From Promethearchaeota archaeon (GTDB taxonomy: Archaea > Asgardarchaeota > Lokiarchaeia > Sigyniarchaeales > SOKP01): a stretch of 56,161 nucleotides of DNA. The DNA lies in assembly GCA_048940445.1 (NCBI GenBank), contig JBHLON010000024.1:1-56161 (forward strand), read 5' to 3'. The first letter of the stretch is position 1, and each line of letters opens with the position of its first letter. A model generated the notes under the pieces. That model was not told the DNA's origin, searched no databases, and saw only the letters and a program-made list of their open reading frames with translations. The position numbers were made by a program, and so were the translations under genes. Positions 30,021 to 41,900 of this stretch are shown here, piece after piece.

Positions 30021-30162
30021 AGTGGCATTATTAATGTATTTAATAGATAAACAGAAATAAAAGTATAAATCTGAATTAACCAGGAATTTGAAAAATGTTT
30101 AAAGTCTCAGATTGTTGATTTAAATATCACAGAAATATATTGAGGGGACTCGTCAAACTATA

Positions 30163-31317
30163 TCAATCAGTAAAATAAAGATGCTCATCAAATCCTGTTT
30201 CTGCTATTAGATCTTGCCCAAGTTTTTGGATTGCTTTCTTGTTAGGATTTTGAATTATTCGTCTTGCTATATTGATCACCTTAGTCAATTTTGAATCTGG
30301 AAAATCTCTAATAATATTATCATACCTAGAAAAATCAATCCCTGCAGTATAAACACCCGCATGTCCATGACCTGCTGAACTTGATACTTGCCAGTGCTCG
30401 ACCTTTAACTCAATTTTAGAAAGAAGAAAACTAGCTGTAAACCACTCAAGGTAAAGTTCCATTCTTTTTGATTTTCTTTTAGTTGTTTTTAGCATCTTTA
30501 AAGCACGATTCAGTCTATCTGGATGCATTTGTCTAAATACTTTTTCTTGAAGTTCTGACATACTCTCTTTAACATGAGCTCTTATCTCTTGAAGAATATC
30601 ATCTACTTTTTGAGCTCTTTCGGCAGTAATTTCTTGATGGATTGATTGAACATGACGAGCAATTGCTTCATTAATACTTTGATTTTCATCAATACCTGCT
30701 TCTAAGCTTGCTGGTGGAGAAACTGGACCACTACTTTCGATTTCAATTGGCATACTGTATATCTCTTTTTGAGGAAGTGTAAACAATTCACCTAATCTTG
30801 AATGATCTTGTCTTACATCATTAAATTTTTCTTGAATCTCTTCACGTGAATATCCCATGTTCATTAAGTAAAAAGCAGCACTTGCAAGTTGATTTTCCAA
30901 TGCTTCAGAAGCGCTATAATTGCCGGGAGCACCAAATTGTTCTCTTAATAAATCATCAGCAATTAAACTGATCTTTTCTTCTGTGATTTCTTCTAATTTG
31001 AGCGAATCCATTTTTTTAAGTATATGATCTATTTGTTCTGGGGTCAAATAATTTAAATTACCAATTGGACCTATCATATATGAAATTTTTTCCATTTTCT
31101 TAAGGGTATTTTCAATATCTTTCTGACTTTTACCACGAGAAATCTTTAAAAAGTGTTCTAAGAAGTTTTTATCAAATCCCGCGATAACTTGTAATCCATA
31201 TTCGTCAAATTTGTTGAGATGTTCATTCAATCCATTATCTTGAAATTCTGGAGGTAACTTAATATTAAAAACCAATACATTATCAAGAATCATATAAAGA
31301 TAATCTGTTTTATTCAT
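30163..31317 (-). CDS. conserved hypothetical protein (384 aa)
   Basis: Long ORF; UBA-like LMNMGYSREEI segment, low-complexity linker, GHGHAG motif; family not recognised. Confidence 0.8.
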   Translation of the reverse strand: MNKTDYLYMILDNVLVFNIKLPPEFQDNGLNEHLNKFDEYGLQVIAGFDKNFLEHFLKISRGKSQKDIENTLKKMEKISYMIGPIGNLNYLTPEQIDHILKKMDSLKLEEITEEKISLIADDLLREQFGAPGNYSASEALENQLASAAFYLMNMGYSREEIQEKFNDVRQDHSRLGELFTLPQKEIYSMPIEIESSGPVSPPASLEAGIDENQSINEAIARHVQSIHQEITAERAQKVDDILQEIRAHVKESMSELQEKVFRQMHPDRLNRALKMLKTTKRKSKRMELYLEWFTASFLLSKIELKVEHWQVSSSAGHGHAGVYTAGIDFSRYDNIIRDFPDSKLTKVINIARRIIQNPNKKAIQKLGQDLIAETGFDEHLYFTD

Positions 31318-31426
31318 GGGTGTGCTTCTAATTTCTGATATATATGTATATTATTCTTTTTGTGCCTAATATTAAATTAAGAATTTAATTAACATATAAA
31401 AATAATATAATATAAGCTTTACATTA

Positions 31427-31933
31427 TCAAATTCTGTGATAATTTTTAGCTAATTTTCTGGCAAAATCCATTTGTTTTCTAGTTTCTAAGCTACAAGGCC
31501 TTAATTTTCGTATCCAGTTAACTGGATCTATATTTTTCGGGATATATCCATTATAAGATGCCCAAGCTATAATAAATTGTGCAGTTCTTCCACATCCTGC
31601 AACGCAATGAACTACTATTGATTCATTTTTATGATCATTCGTTATATGAATAAATCTTTCAATTTGGCTAGCTGTTGGAACTCCGTAATCAGGAACATTA
31701 ATATGATAGTAATGAAAACTTTGAGGTACATCATTTTGATTATTAAATTCAGAACAATTAATTATTACTGAAATACCTTCATTTTGATATTTTTTAAACA
31801 ATAATTTATCTGGCCACCAACTAGCTGCTAACTTTCCTTTAATTATCCAATTAAATGGTTCTGCCTTTTCAGGCATCCCTCCTTTGGGCCAATAAGAAGG
31901 CCAAATTTTATTCATATGAGATTTAGGATTCAT
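31427..31933 (-). CDS. dual-specificity / tyrosine protein phosphatase
   Basis: CX5R motif VHCVAGCGRT, general-acid loop VPDYGVP, IR..RP.S.ET..Q. Confidence 0.92.
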   Translation of the reverse strand: MNPKSHMNKIWPSYWPKGGMPEKAEPFNWIIKGKLAASWWPDKLLFKKYQNEGISVIINCSEFNNQNDVPQSFHYYHINVPDYGVPTASQIERFIHITNDHKNESIVVHCVAGCGRTAQFIIAWASYNGYIPKNIDPVNWIRKLRPCSLETRKQMDFARKLAKNYHRI

Positions 31934-32033
31934 TGTTATATTATTTGAATAAATTAATCACAAAATTTGAAATTTTACATATAAAAATGAATCATAGAAA
32001 AACCTAGAAGTAATTTAAAAATAAAAAAAAGAG

Positions 32034-35000
32034 TTATTTTATAAATTTATAGCGTTTCTTAAGAAGCACTACTGAAATAATACTGATTAATCCTATAAGC
32101 AAATAGAGGCTATAACCTGGAATTTCTTCTGTAACCTCAGTAGGACTTTTTATCTCAAAAAATTCACTAAAATCATATGTAGAAGGATTAGATACATCGC
32201 TGATTTTAATTTGATATTCTTCGGAATCAACAAGCGTAGAAGGAACTGTCCAGTAATAAACTCCATCGTTAAATTTATCTGAAATAATTTCCATCACAAA
32301 ATTATTCTCTACATAAAGTTCAATCTTCACGCTGGATATAGAGCCCGTAGACGTCCAATATATATTATGAGGTGTTTCTTTTTCCCAGCAACAAGTGTTA
32401 TCAGGACTTGTGATGCTAAGTGAAGGAGGAATGAAAACTTCAACATGAAGGTAATTTGATAATGTATCCCCATATTCGTTCTGTGCGACTACAATAAAAT
32501 AGTAAGACCCATCCACATAACCACTACAAGGAAAGTTAAGATCCGTTATTCCATCTGCTAAAATTATTAAACTTTCGTTAACCTCGGTGATAACTTTGTC
32601 ATATTGATATACAGAATACTCTTTAGCTCCATCAGAGCTGTCCCAGATTAAAACAAAATCACCATCATCATCGGGAGTTCCAGCAGAAGAAGTTAAACTA
32701 AATGGCTCTGGTGGCAAAGCATATATAAATTCAACATTAGTGTCAATAAAATCAAAGGTGTAATTATAGTAACCTGAACTATAATAGAAGGTACCATTTA
32801 AGAGAATACCTGTTTTTTTATCATACCAGGCTAATCCTCCTGGATATGTTAAATCTTCCAATACCCAAATATCTAATGGCCCAAAGCCGGGTAAATCGTA
32901 CACTAAATCATCAGTTACATTATATAAATGATCTCCATCAAACCATACACCAATAGGTACAATATCTCCAATAGATACATCAGTATATATCCATGCAGGG
33001 TCATGAGATCCATCTGGATACATAATAATTGACCCTCCTCCATTAGATATCAATCTAGTGGTGAAATCTACATCCCATTGGTATTTATAGATATATGTAT
33101 CTAAATTGAAATCCCAAGTAGCATTAAAAGTTTCTCCTGATTTATATGAATATGATATGTAAGACAAGCCAAAATTTGCATCCATGTACGTTAAGCTATG
33201 GTTAAGATACATTCCATCAAATAACCTAAATTTAGATATTCTTACAAATTTACTCAAAATATTGTTTTCAATAAAAGTTTCATTAATCACCGCTGGAGAA
33301 TTCACTGTAAAATTGAAAACTCCATATTCAGTTGGAATCCAATCATAAACTAACGTTTCTTTTGTTGCGACAGGAAGATTGGATATAGTTAGTGAATCTA
33401 CCAGTGTTTCACCTAAATATAAGAAGAGATCAACATTAGATTCATCATATATACCAATATTCATAACCGTAGCATTAATTTTATATGTTTCAAAGATATC
33501 ACCACCCGAAGGAATTTCTAAATCGACATTTAAATCATGGCTTAAATCATAGGTTTTCACTTGAATATCATCAACAAGCCATCCACGATAAGCATTGTAT
33601 AATGAATCTAATGTATCGAAGAAGAATCTAAGCTGTAAAGTAGCATTTCCAACATATTTTGAGATATCTAACGATATTTTCTCCCAGGGGGCAATAAAAT
33701 TTTCACTACTGGAATAAAGTAAATCCCATGTTGATCCATCAGGTGAAATGTAGACATAAGAGACGTCATAACTGCCTCCTTCACCCTCTCTCCAGTGAAA
33801 AAATTCTAAAAATGCCTTGCCAACACCGAATAAATTAAAAGGAACAGATATTAAATCTCCATACTCACGAGCACCTGTTTCAAAAGTTCCTGTTGCTTCT
33901 TGTCCAAACCACATCGAATGAATAGGTGAACGACAAGGATCAGGCCAAGCACTTCCTGTATCTGTTAAATGCCATAATCCTGAAATTGTTTCCCATTTAG
34001 TTAACCCATTTTCAAAATCATCATAAAATCCTGTCATAAATGCGAATTCACTCTCCACTGTACAAAGTGGTTCTGGATCAGACCATTTTCGAACTGCTGC
34101 CCAATCAATCATAATTTCACTTAACCCACTTAAATCTATTCTTGTTCTAACCCTTAAAGCTCTATATTGTACTCCAAGTGATGTATTAAGTGTAGAAATC
34201 ATAGCTCCATAATGTAACCCCGGACCTGACAATGTTGAATGTGTTAAAAATCTTACAGGGTTAGAAGTTTCTGTAATTTCCGAATCATTTGAAAATAAAA
34301 CATCCCCCTCATAATAACTCGCGAACGAAGGTTCTTCCCATCTAAAATCTCCAGTTACCCAGACGTCTTCCGAGGGAGTAAAGCTTGCTCCTGCTATATA
34401 ATTCTTATAACCATAATCGTCACCATGTACAATATAAGCTGAATGAAAGCCTAAAAGTGCATGAGATGCCCATGGACTTGGGGAGTTTGTGTATAATGTT
34501 ATAATACTGTTTGAAAGTGAGACACTACTATATACATCATCCTCATATTCCCATATATTTGTATCAAGAGTGGTGCCCTCAAAATCATCAAATAACATAA
34601 AGACTTTTGAACCATCGCTTTGTGAAATAGCTGAAGGCTTCCCATATTTCATGAAGAAAAAGGCAGTACCTGAGGATGGGATTTTAACCCAAATATTTGA
34701 AGTGCCCAACGTATCCCAGTTTTCGATCCAATAATCAAGATTATTATTATATTGATCAAAAAATCTAAGATCACTTCCATCTGGATTAGCTTTTGAATAA
34801 TCAAAATTTCCAGAACTTAATTGAACCCTAATTTGATAATCTGATTCAATTGTAGTAGGACTAAGAGTTATCTTTCTATAATATAACCAATCAGAATTAT
34901 TAGATTTTAAATCCTTCTCTTTATCAAAATTTGAGATAATTTGATCAGTATCTAACTGCTTAAATGGTATTATATTTGCTATAGAAAGTAGTAAGATCAA

Positions 35001-35039
35001 TAATATAAGTGCATAATGAATTTTTTTAATATTTCTCAT
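32034..35039 (-). CDS. cell-surface protein: DUF2341 + MAM-like jelly-roll + CARDB + FN3/Ig-like + Loki-CTERM
   Basis: Signal peptide; DGSDLRF....L.YWIE.W....IWVKIP (DUF2341); HDL.V CARDB; C-terminal IPGYSLYLLIG...KKR. Confidence 0.85.
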   Translation of the reverse strand: MRNIKKIHYALILLILLLSIANIIPFKQLDTDQIISNFDKEKDLKSNNSDWLYYRKITLSPTTIESDYQIRVQLSSGNFDYSKANPDGSDLRFFDQYNNNLDYWIENWDTLGTSNIWVKIPSSGTAFFFMKYGKPSAISQSDGSKVFMLFDDFEGTTLDTNIWEYEDDVYSSVSLSNSIITLYTNSPSPWASHALLGFHSAYIVHGDDYGYKNYIAGASFTPSEDVWVTGDFRWEEPSFASYYEGDVLFSNDSEITETSNPVRFLTHSTLSGPGLHYGAMISTLNTSLGVQYRALRVRTRIDLSGLSEIMIDWAAVRKWSDPEPLCTVESEFAFMTGFYDDFENGLTKWETISGLWHLTDTGSAWPDPCRSPIHSMWFGQEATGTFETGAREYGDLISVPFNLFGVGKAFLEFFHWREGEGGSYDVSYVYISPDGSTWDLLYSSSENFIAPWEKISLDISKYVGNATLQLRFFFDTLDSLYNAYRGWLVDDIQVKTYDLSHDLNVDLEIPSGGDIFETYKINATVMNIGIYDESNVDLFLYLGETLVDSLTISNLPVATKETLVYDWIPTEYGVFNFTVNSPAVINETFIENNILSKFVRISKFRLFDGMYLNHSLTYMDANFGLSYISYSYKSGETFNATWDFNLDTYIYKYQWDVDFTTRLISNGGGSIIMYPDGSHDPAWIYTDVSIGDIVPIGVWFDGDHLYNVTDDLVYDLPGFGPLDIWVLEDLTYPGGLAWYDKKTGILLNGTFYYSSGYYNYTFDFIDTNVEFIYALPPEPFSLTSSAGTPDDDGDFVLIWDSSDGAKEYSVYQYDKVITEVNESLIILADGITDLNFPCSGYVDGSYYFIVVAQNEYGDTLSNYLHVEVFIPPSLSITSPDNTCCWEKETPHNIYWTSTGSISSVKIELYVENNFVMEIISDKFNDGVYYWTVPSTLVDSEEYQIKISDVSNPSTYDFSEFFEIKSPTEVTEEIPGYSLYLLIGLISIISVVLLKKRYKFIK

Positions 35040-35219
35040 TCTTTTCCACCCATTTTTTTAAATTTATTTTAACAATTTAGTCAATTGACAGAATTGTGCA
35101 ATTTATTTTTAAGTAAATATATTATTTAAATCTAATAGAATAAACATATTCTCAATGGAAGATTATATTAAGGTAGAAATTGATAATTTAGAAAGTAAAG
35201 AGAAAATGAAAAAAAAAGG

Positions 35220-38200
35220 TTAATTTTTGAATTTTTTTTCTTCTTTTTTGAAAAGAATTATTGAAATAACACCTATAATGCCAATTAATATATACATGTT
35301 ATAACCTGGAATTCCATCTGGTCCATTAGTACCAGGAATCAAAACATCAACTTGAAGACAATTGGAAAACGTATTACCATATTGATTATGAGCTACAATA
35401 GTAAAATAGTGTGTCCCATCACTATAACCACTACAAGGAAATGTAAGATATGGCACTTCATCTGCCAAAATAGTAAGACTTCCATTAATCTCAGTAATAT
35501 ACTTAGAATAGTGATAGATGGTATAATTAGTCGCACCATCTGCTTCCATCCAGGTAAGATCAAAGATTCCATCATCATCAGGGTCTTCTGCATTCGAGAA
35601 TAATGTGAAATTTTTTGGTGGTTCAAGAATATTTATTTCTGCATTTGTATCTACAAAATTGAAGGTATAATTATATGCACCACCATAATAATAATAAAAG
35701 ATACCATATAATAGAATGCCTGTACTTTTTTCATACCATGCAATACCTCCTGGCAGAGTTAAATCTTCCAAAATCCATACACTTACATTACCAAATCCAG
35801 GTAAATCATAGATAAGATCTCCGGTTATATTGAATATATGATCACCTTCAGCATCAACAGCAATTGGAATGATATCCCCTACTAAAACATCAGTAAATAT
35901 CCATAGGGGCGTATAAAACTCATTTCCGAACTGAAGTCCACTTCCTCCAGAATTCTTCATGACTCTTGTCTGAGCATTCACATCCCAGTACATGTTGTAA
36001 ATTATTCCTCCATCATCTAAATCCCAATCAGTATGGAACAAAGATTCGTAAGCATCTGAATATGAAAACGTTGAAATGTAAGATTCACTATAAATGCGAT
36101 ATGTATAATTTATAAAAAGACCATTAAAGAGGTGAATTTCATGAACTATAATTAATTTTTCTTTAATATTATTAAGTAGGGATTCTTCATCGGGGATTGG
36201 TGGAGCATAAGCAGTAAAATTGTAAGTCCGATATTCATATGGAGTCCATACATACTCTATTTTTTGTGATGAGCCAGATGAGAGAATTGGTATATATAAG
36301 GAACCTATAATAACATTATCAAGATATAATAGAAGATTAACGTCAGATTCATCATATAATCCAAAGTTTACGATTGAAGCATTAACAACATATGTATTTC
36401 CAAATTTATAGTATTTTGGAGATTCAATAGAAACTGTTAGATCATGCTCATACATACCTGCTACAAAAATAGAAACATCATCAATAAGCCAACCTCGATA
36501 ATTATTAGCTACATTATCATATGTATCAAAATAGAAATTAAATTGCACAGATGAGTTACCCTTATATTTTGTGATATCTAATATCACTTTTTCCCATGGT
36601 GGAATATTTGCATCAGTGTAATAAAGTTGTTCCCAGTTTATTCCATCAGTTGATATATACACAGATGACACATCCCAACCATATCCTTCTCCTTCTCTCC
36701 AATGATAAAACTCAAAGTTAATTAAATCTGCTTGAGGTAAAGCAATTGGAACTGTGATTAAATTTCCATATTCTTGTTTTCCAGTATCATAATTCCCAGT
36801 AGATTCATTTCCGAACCACATTGAATGAATGGGAGAATAATAAGGATCAAGCCAAGAGCTACTATTGTCTGTCAAATGCCATAATCCTGAAATTTCATCC
36901 CAATTAGACAATCCACTTTCAAAATCATCAAAAAAAATAGTCATTCCAGCATAAACTAAATTAGTTTTTATGTTATTTGCCTTAAAAATTTCTCCTGTAA
37001 CAGGTGGGGAATAAGCAGTAAAATTATACATTCTAGACTCAGTTGGTATCCATATATATTCAATAGTATCATTTTCACCTGCTAAAAGCGTTGATATACT
37101 CTTTGAATCAACTATTCCTCCATCGAGATAGAGATAAAAGTTAAGACCAGTTTCATCATAAATGCCCTTATTTATAACAGTTGCATTCACAGCAAAAGTA
37201 TTCCCTACTTCTGGTTTTATAGGAGTTTCAAGTATAACTTTTAGATCATGATCTACATCCATAAAAGTATTATATACGTATCCAGGAGTTGTTTTTGGAA
37301 CATCGGGAGATTCTGGAGTGATATCATCTAATACTCCCCCAACATATTTTTCGACTAAAAATGAGCTAATTGTTCCAGTGGTGCTTGATGATCCCACGTC
37401 TAAATAAAACAAAACATCATTATCTGCATCATAATATGGTTTAAATTCTGATATGTCGCATGCCATAAACTCAGGGAATAACCAACCGTCATCATATTCG
37501 TACCATGGAAGTTTATATTCTAATGGGGTGTCATATGAACCCACTCCAAGTGTTATTATATCTTGCATTCGAGTAGGTGCAGGATTAAATGCCCAAGTTG
37601 CAATTAAGTCAGGTTGATAGTCGATTCTATCAGCAACTACACATAAATGAATAGTAAAATCTGTAAGTACCAATCCAATTTCTTTTAAACATTCATAGGT
37701 TAACCAATAATAGCCATTATCCCCAAAACCTGTACCCCATGAATTTGCAACTCTAAATGCTCCAACATCACCATCATCTGATATACTATCATCAAATCCA
37801 ACAATGCATTGGGCATGATCATATGTAGTAGAATCATATTCTGCAGAAGATAAGATATAATTGCCGTCATCAAATCCATTATTATATTGATAAGAATCAA
37901 AAGCAAATGTAACAGGTATCTCACTGCTAATAAAACTTTTAATCACATCGATAGTTGCATCAGGATCAGCCTCGTCAAAATCCAATAGATAGTAATCAAA
38001 AATTCTATGATTTGGAGCTTCTCTCCATGCAGATTCATCTCCCCAGCTATAAAAGTCAGAATCATCATAGGGCATAGTTGTCATCGTTGCACATCCCCAA
38101 TCGAGCATTATTTGGGCATTAGTTGTCATCCAAGAGCCATAATTAGTAGTAGATACTTTATTAAACGTCCAAGCAGGACTCATAAGATAATCAGAATTTC

Positions 38201-38738
38201 CAGAACTTGCATCCCACCCATAATCCTTGGCTTCTAAATATCCATACGCATAATATGTTATTGCCCATGCTCCGCAAGAACCTTGCCCTCCTTGATTACC
38301 TATTATTGGAAAATATATTTGAGATGAAAAATCATAAGTTGCGCTAGGAGCTTGATTATGGGCTTCTGAGACTAAATTCTTAATAAATAGTTTTCCAATT
38401 AGGTTATTTAAATCATCTTCTGTAGGGGGTGTTAAACCAGTTCCATGTTCATTATTATGAACATTGTATTCTTTATCATCTTCCCTTGATGCTATATCAT
38501 TTTTCATGTTTTCCATTGTCTCTTCTGTAATATATTCCATCTGATATTTTCGACCATTTAAAGTACCTATAAAGGATCTAGTAGGATTAGAAGCAACTGG
38601 AGAATATGTTTTTATCGGTGATTCATCTTTTTCTGATGCGGAATAAAAAATAAGAATATTAATGTTAGAAGACATTAAAAGTAGAAAAACTGAGAATAGA
38701 ACTATTATTGCCATCTTTTCTTTATTTAGTAATTTCAT
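35220..38738 (-). CDS. secreted papain-family (C1A) cysteine protease with CARDB/MAM-like/FN3 stalk and Loki-CTERM
   Basis: NQGGQGSCGAWA (Gln, Cys), DHAQCIVGFDD (His), ANSWG (Asn); IPGYNMYILIG...KK tail. Confidence 0.92.
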   Translation of the reverse strand: MKLLNKEKMAIIVLFSVFLLLMSSNINILIFYSASEKDESPIKTYSPVASNPTRSFIGTLNGRKYQMEYITEETMENMKNDIASREDDKEYNVHNNEHGTGLTPPTEDDLNNLIGKLFIKNLVSEAHNQAPSATYDFSSQIYFPIIGNQGGQGSCGAWAITYYAYGYLEAKDYGWDASSGNSDYLMSPAWTFNKVSTTNYGSWMTTNAQIMLDWGCATMTTMPYDDSDFYSWGDESAWREAPNHRIFDYYLLDFDEADPDATIDVIKSFISSEIPVTFAFDSYQYNNGFDDGNYILSSAEYDSTTYDHAQCIVGFDDSISDDGDVGAFRVANSWGTGFGDNGYYWLTYECLKEIGLVLTDFTIHLCVVADRIDYQPDLIATWAFNPAPTRMQDIITLGVGSYDTPLEYKLPWYEYDDGWLFPEFMACDISEFKPYYDADNDVLFYLDVGSSSTTGTISSFLVEKYVGGVLDDITPESPDVPKTTPGYVYNTFMDVDHDLKVILETPIKPEVGNTFAVNATVINKGIYDETGLNFYLYLDGGIVDSKSISTLLAGENDTIEYIWIPTESRMYNFTAYSPPVTGEIFKANNIKTNLVYAGMTIFFDDFESGLSNWDEISGLWHLTDNSSSWLDPYYSPIHSMWFGNESTGNYDTGKQEYGNLITVPIALPQADLINFEFYHWREGEGYGWDVSSVYISTDGINWEQLYYTDANIPPWEKVILDITKYKGNSSVQFNFYFDTYDNVANNYRGWLIDDVSIFVAGMYEHDLTVSIESPKYYKFGNTYVVNASIVNFGLYDESDVNLLLYLDNVIIGSLYIPILSSGSSQKIEYVWTPYEYRTYNFTAYAPPIPDEESLLNNIKEKLIIVHEIHLFNGLFINYTYRIYSESYISTFSYSDAYESLFHTDWDLDDGGIIYNMYWDVNAQTRVMKNSGGSGLQFGNEFYTPLWIFTDVLVGDIIPIAVDAEGDHIFNITGDLIYDLPGFGNVSVWILEDLTLPGGIAWYEKSTGILLYGIFYYYYGGAYNYTFNFVDTNAEINILEPPKNFTLFSNAEDPDDDGIFDLTWMEADGATNYTIYHYSKYITEINGSLTILADEVPYLTFPCSGYSDGTHYFTIVAHNQYGNTFSNCLQVDVLIPGTNGPDGIPGYNMYILIGIIGVISIILFKKEEKKFKN

Positions 38739-38969
38739 ATTGTATTTCGCCTATTTTTGTAAAAAACGTAATAAAGGTTAAGTTATATTATTAATCGCTG
38801 TATATTTATATATTAGTCAACGGTCAAAAATTGTCATTTCATGTTGGTATCTTTGATTTCTATTGATAAACTCTCAATTTCCCATTAAAATCTTATATTA
38901 CTTTAACAGACTTTTCTTACAGCTTCAGATTGAAATTAGTATTTAAAAATTAAAAAAAAAAAATATTGA

Positions 38970-41900
38970 TTAATATTTTATTTTATACTTTTTTTTAATT
39001 GTCAGTGTAATAGCAATTCCTAAGGTAGCAAGAATTAATAGCAAATTATATCCTGGAATTCCTTGTAATACTACTGTAACTGAAATGCAGTTTGAAAGCG
39101 TATCACCATAATCATTATGCGCGACTACAATGAAGTAATAGGTTCCATCTCCATACCCACTTAATGCTAGAGTTAAATCAGTTATTTCATCTGCTAATAG
39201 GGTAAGACTTCCATCTATTCCTGTAATAAAGCTGGAACTACGATAAACTGAGTAATTAGTTGCACTATAAGATACTGTCCATGTAAGATCAAAGATTCCA
39301 TCATTATCAGGATTTCCCGCATTCGATGATAAGTTGAAAGGATCTGGTGGTTCAAGAATATTTAATTCCGCATTAGTATCTACAAGATCAAATGTATAAT
39401 TACCCATACCTCCAGCATAGAAAAAGTTACCATTTAAGAGAATTCCTGTACTCTTTTCATACCATGCAATCCCTCCGGGCATAGTTAAATCCTCTAAAAT
39501 CCATACATCAACAAGACTAAAACCAGGTAAATCATAGAGAAACTCTCCTGTTACATTAAATAAATGATCACCTTCAGCATCAACTGCTATTGGGATTAAA
39601 TCACCGAGTGCCATATCTACAAAGACCCATATAGGTGTGTGGGTTCCTGAGCCAAAAGAAAAGCTTCCAGCTGAATCAGACGTAAGTCTTGTTTGACTAT
39701 CTACATCCCAATAACCAGCGTCGGCAAGTAAGCCACCTTGATATATTGAATAATCGTTATGAAAGATTCTATCTGAAAGTTCTGAATATAAGCAATCCCA
39801 AGAATAAGTAGCACCGAATATTTCAAATGAATAATCAAGGAACATTCCATTAAACAAAATTGTCTCATGAATGTGTAATAGTTTAGTCACCAAATTATCA
39901 GATGTAAATTCTTCACCTGATACAGGGGGTGCATATGCGGTAAAATTATATTCACCATAGGTAGTTGGAGTCCACAAATAAGAAAAACCTAGACTTGAAT
40001 GTATAGGAAAACTTGGAAAGTATGATGAATAAACATGAACACCATTAAGATCAAGGAATAGTTCTACATCTGATTCACCACTCGTTCCGATGTTTGTAAC
40101 TGTAGCATTGACGGTATAAGTTTTAAATAACTCAAGATTTTCAGGAACTTCTAATGAAACCCGTAAATCATGGGGAATTTGAACTCCTGTACCTTTAACA
40201 CTGACATCATCTATTAACCAACCTCGATAGTTATTAGCAATGGAATCAAGAGTATCAAAATCAAACATTATTTGTACTGATGGATTTCCAGCATAAGCAG
40301 AAATATCTATAGATACTTTTTCCCACGGGGCAATATAATAATCTGATGATTGATAAATTAGATCCCAATTGATACCATTAATAGAGATATACACGGAAGA
40401 AATATCCCAAGAACCTCCTTCTCCTTCTCGCCAATGATAAAATTCTAGGAAGGCGATATCTACATTCGTTAGATCAATTGGAATAGATGTCATATTACCT
40501 CTCTCACGGAAACCTGTATCAAATGTACCAGTAGTCTCATTTCCAAACCACATTGAATGTGTTGGAGAATGGTAAGGATTAGGCCATTGACTAGCCTCAC
40601 CAGTTAAATGCCACATTCCTGAAATAGACGTCCACTTTGATAAGCCACTTTCAAAATCATCATAAAAAATTGGACCGAGTATAGGTATTAACTCAGTTAC
40701 AACATTATTGGATGTAAAAACTTCACCTGATATTGGGGGTGTTTGTGCCGTAAAGTTATATAAATCATATTCAAATGGTGTCCAACTATAAATAATAGTC
40801 GCATTTGTTCCAGTTAAAAGACTGGGAACTATAATTGAGTCAACAACAAAACTATTAAGTAAAAGTTCAAAATACACACTAGTTTCATTAGAACCCCCAT
40901 TATTAATGACAGTTGCTTCAATTTGATAAAAATAAGAGATCATAGGATCAGTTGGCACTTCCAATGTTACTCTTAATTCATGGAGGAAAATTTTAAATGT
41001 CCCATTGACATAACCTGGAGTACTTTGTGGAACATCAGGTGATTCTTTTGAGACTTCTTGGAGTACTCCCCCTAAGTATCTTTCGAGTTTAAATGATGAA
41101 ATTATTCCCGTTGTATCAGAAGGTCCAATTTCCAAGAAAAAGAAGACATCATTATCAATAGTGTAATAAGAATAAAAGTCTGAAATATCGAGTGCCATAA
41201 AATCAGGAAATAAGTTATTTACATCATAGTCATAAAGAGGTATCGTATAGTTTAAAGGAGCATTATGAGGACCCACGCCTAGTGTTATTATATCATCCAT
41301 TCTTGTAGGAGCAGAACTGAATTCCCAAGTAGCTATAATGTTAGGATTATAATCAATTCTATCTGTAATATACATAATCACTTGACCACTGATACCTCCA
41401 AATTCTGCAAAGGCATCATATGTTAGCCAATAATAACCACTGTCCATCCAAGAGTCACCCCATGAATTTACAACTCGGAAAGCACCGACATCACTTCCCT
41501 CCGTTATAGCATCATCATAACCTACAATACATTGAGCGTGATTTAGCGAGGTAGAGTCATATTCATCTGATGATAAAATAAAATCACCTGTTCCTTGATT
41601 CAGTCCATTTGAAAATTGATTGGCATCAATTCCAATGGTAACTGGTGTTCCGCTAGAAATTATACTTTTCATGAGATCGATTGTAGTTGATCCACTATAT
41701 GTGATAAGGGTATAATCTAAGGGGCGATGATAAGGTGCTTCTCTCCATGCAGTCTCGTTTCCCCAACTGTTAACATCACTATCATCATATGGCATTGCGC
41801 TAAGTGTAGGGACTCCCCAGTCTAATAAAACTTGAGCAACTTCATAAGGAATTGAACCATAATCGTATGCCGCGACGATGTTATATGCCCACGCAGGACT

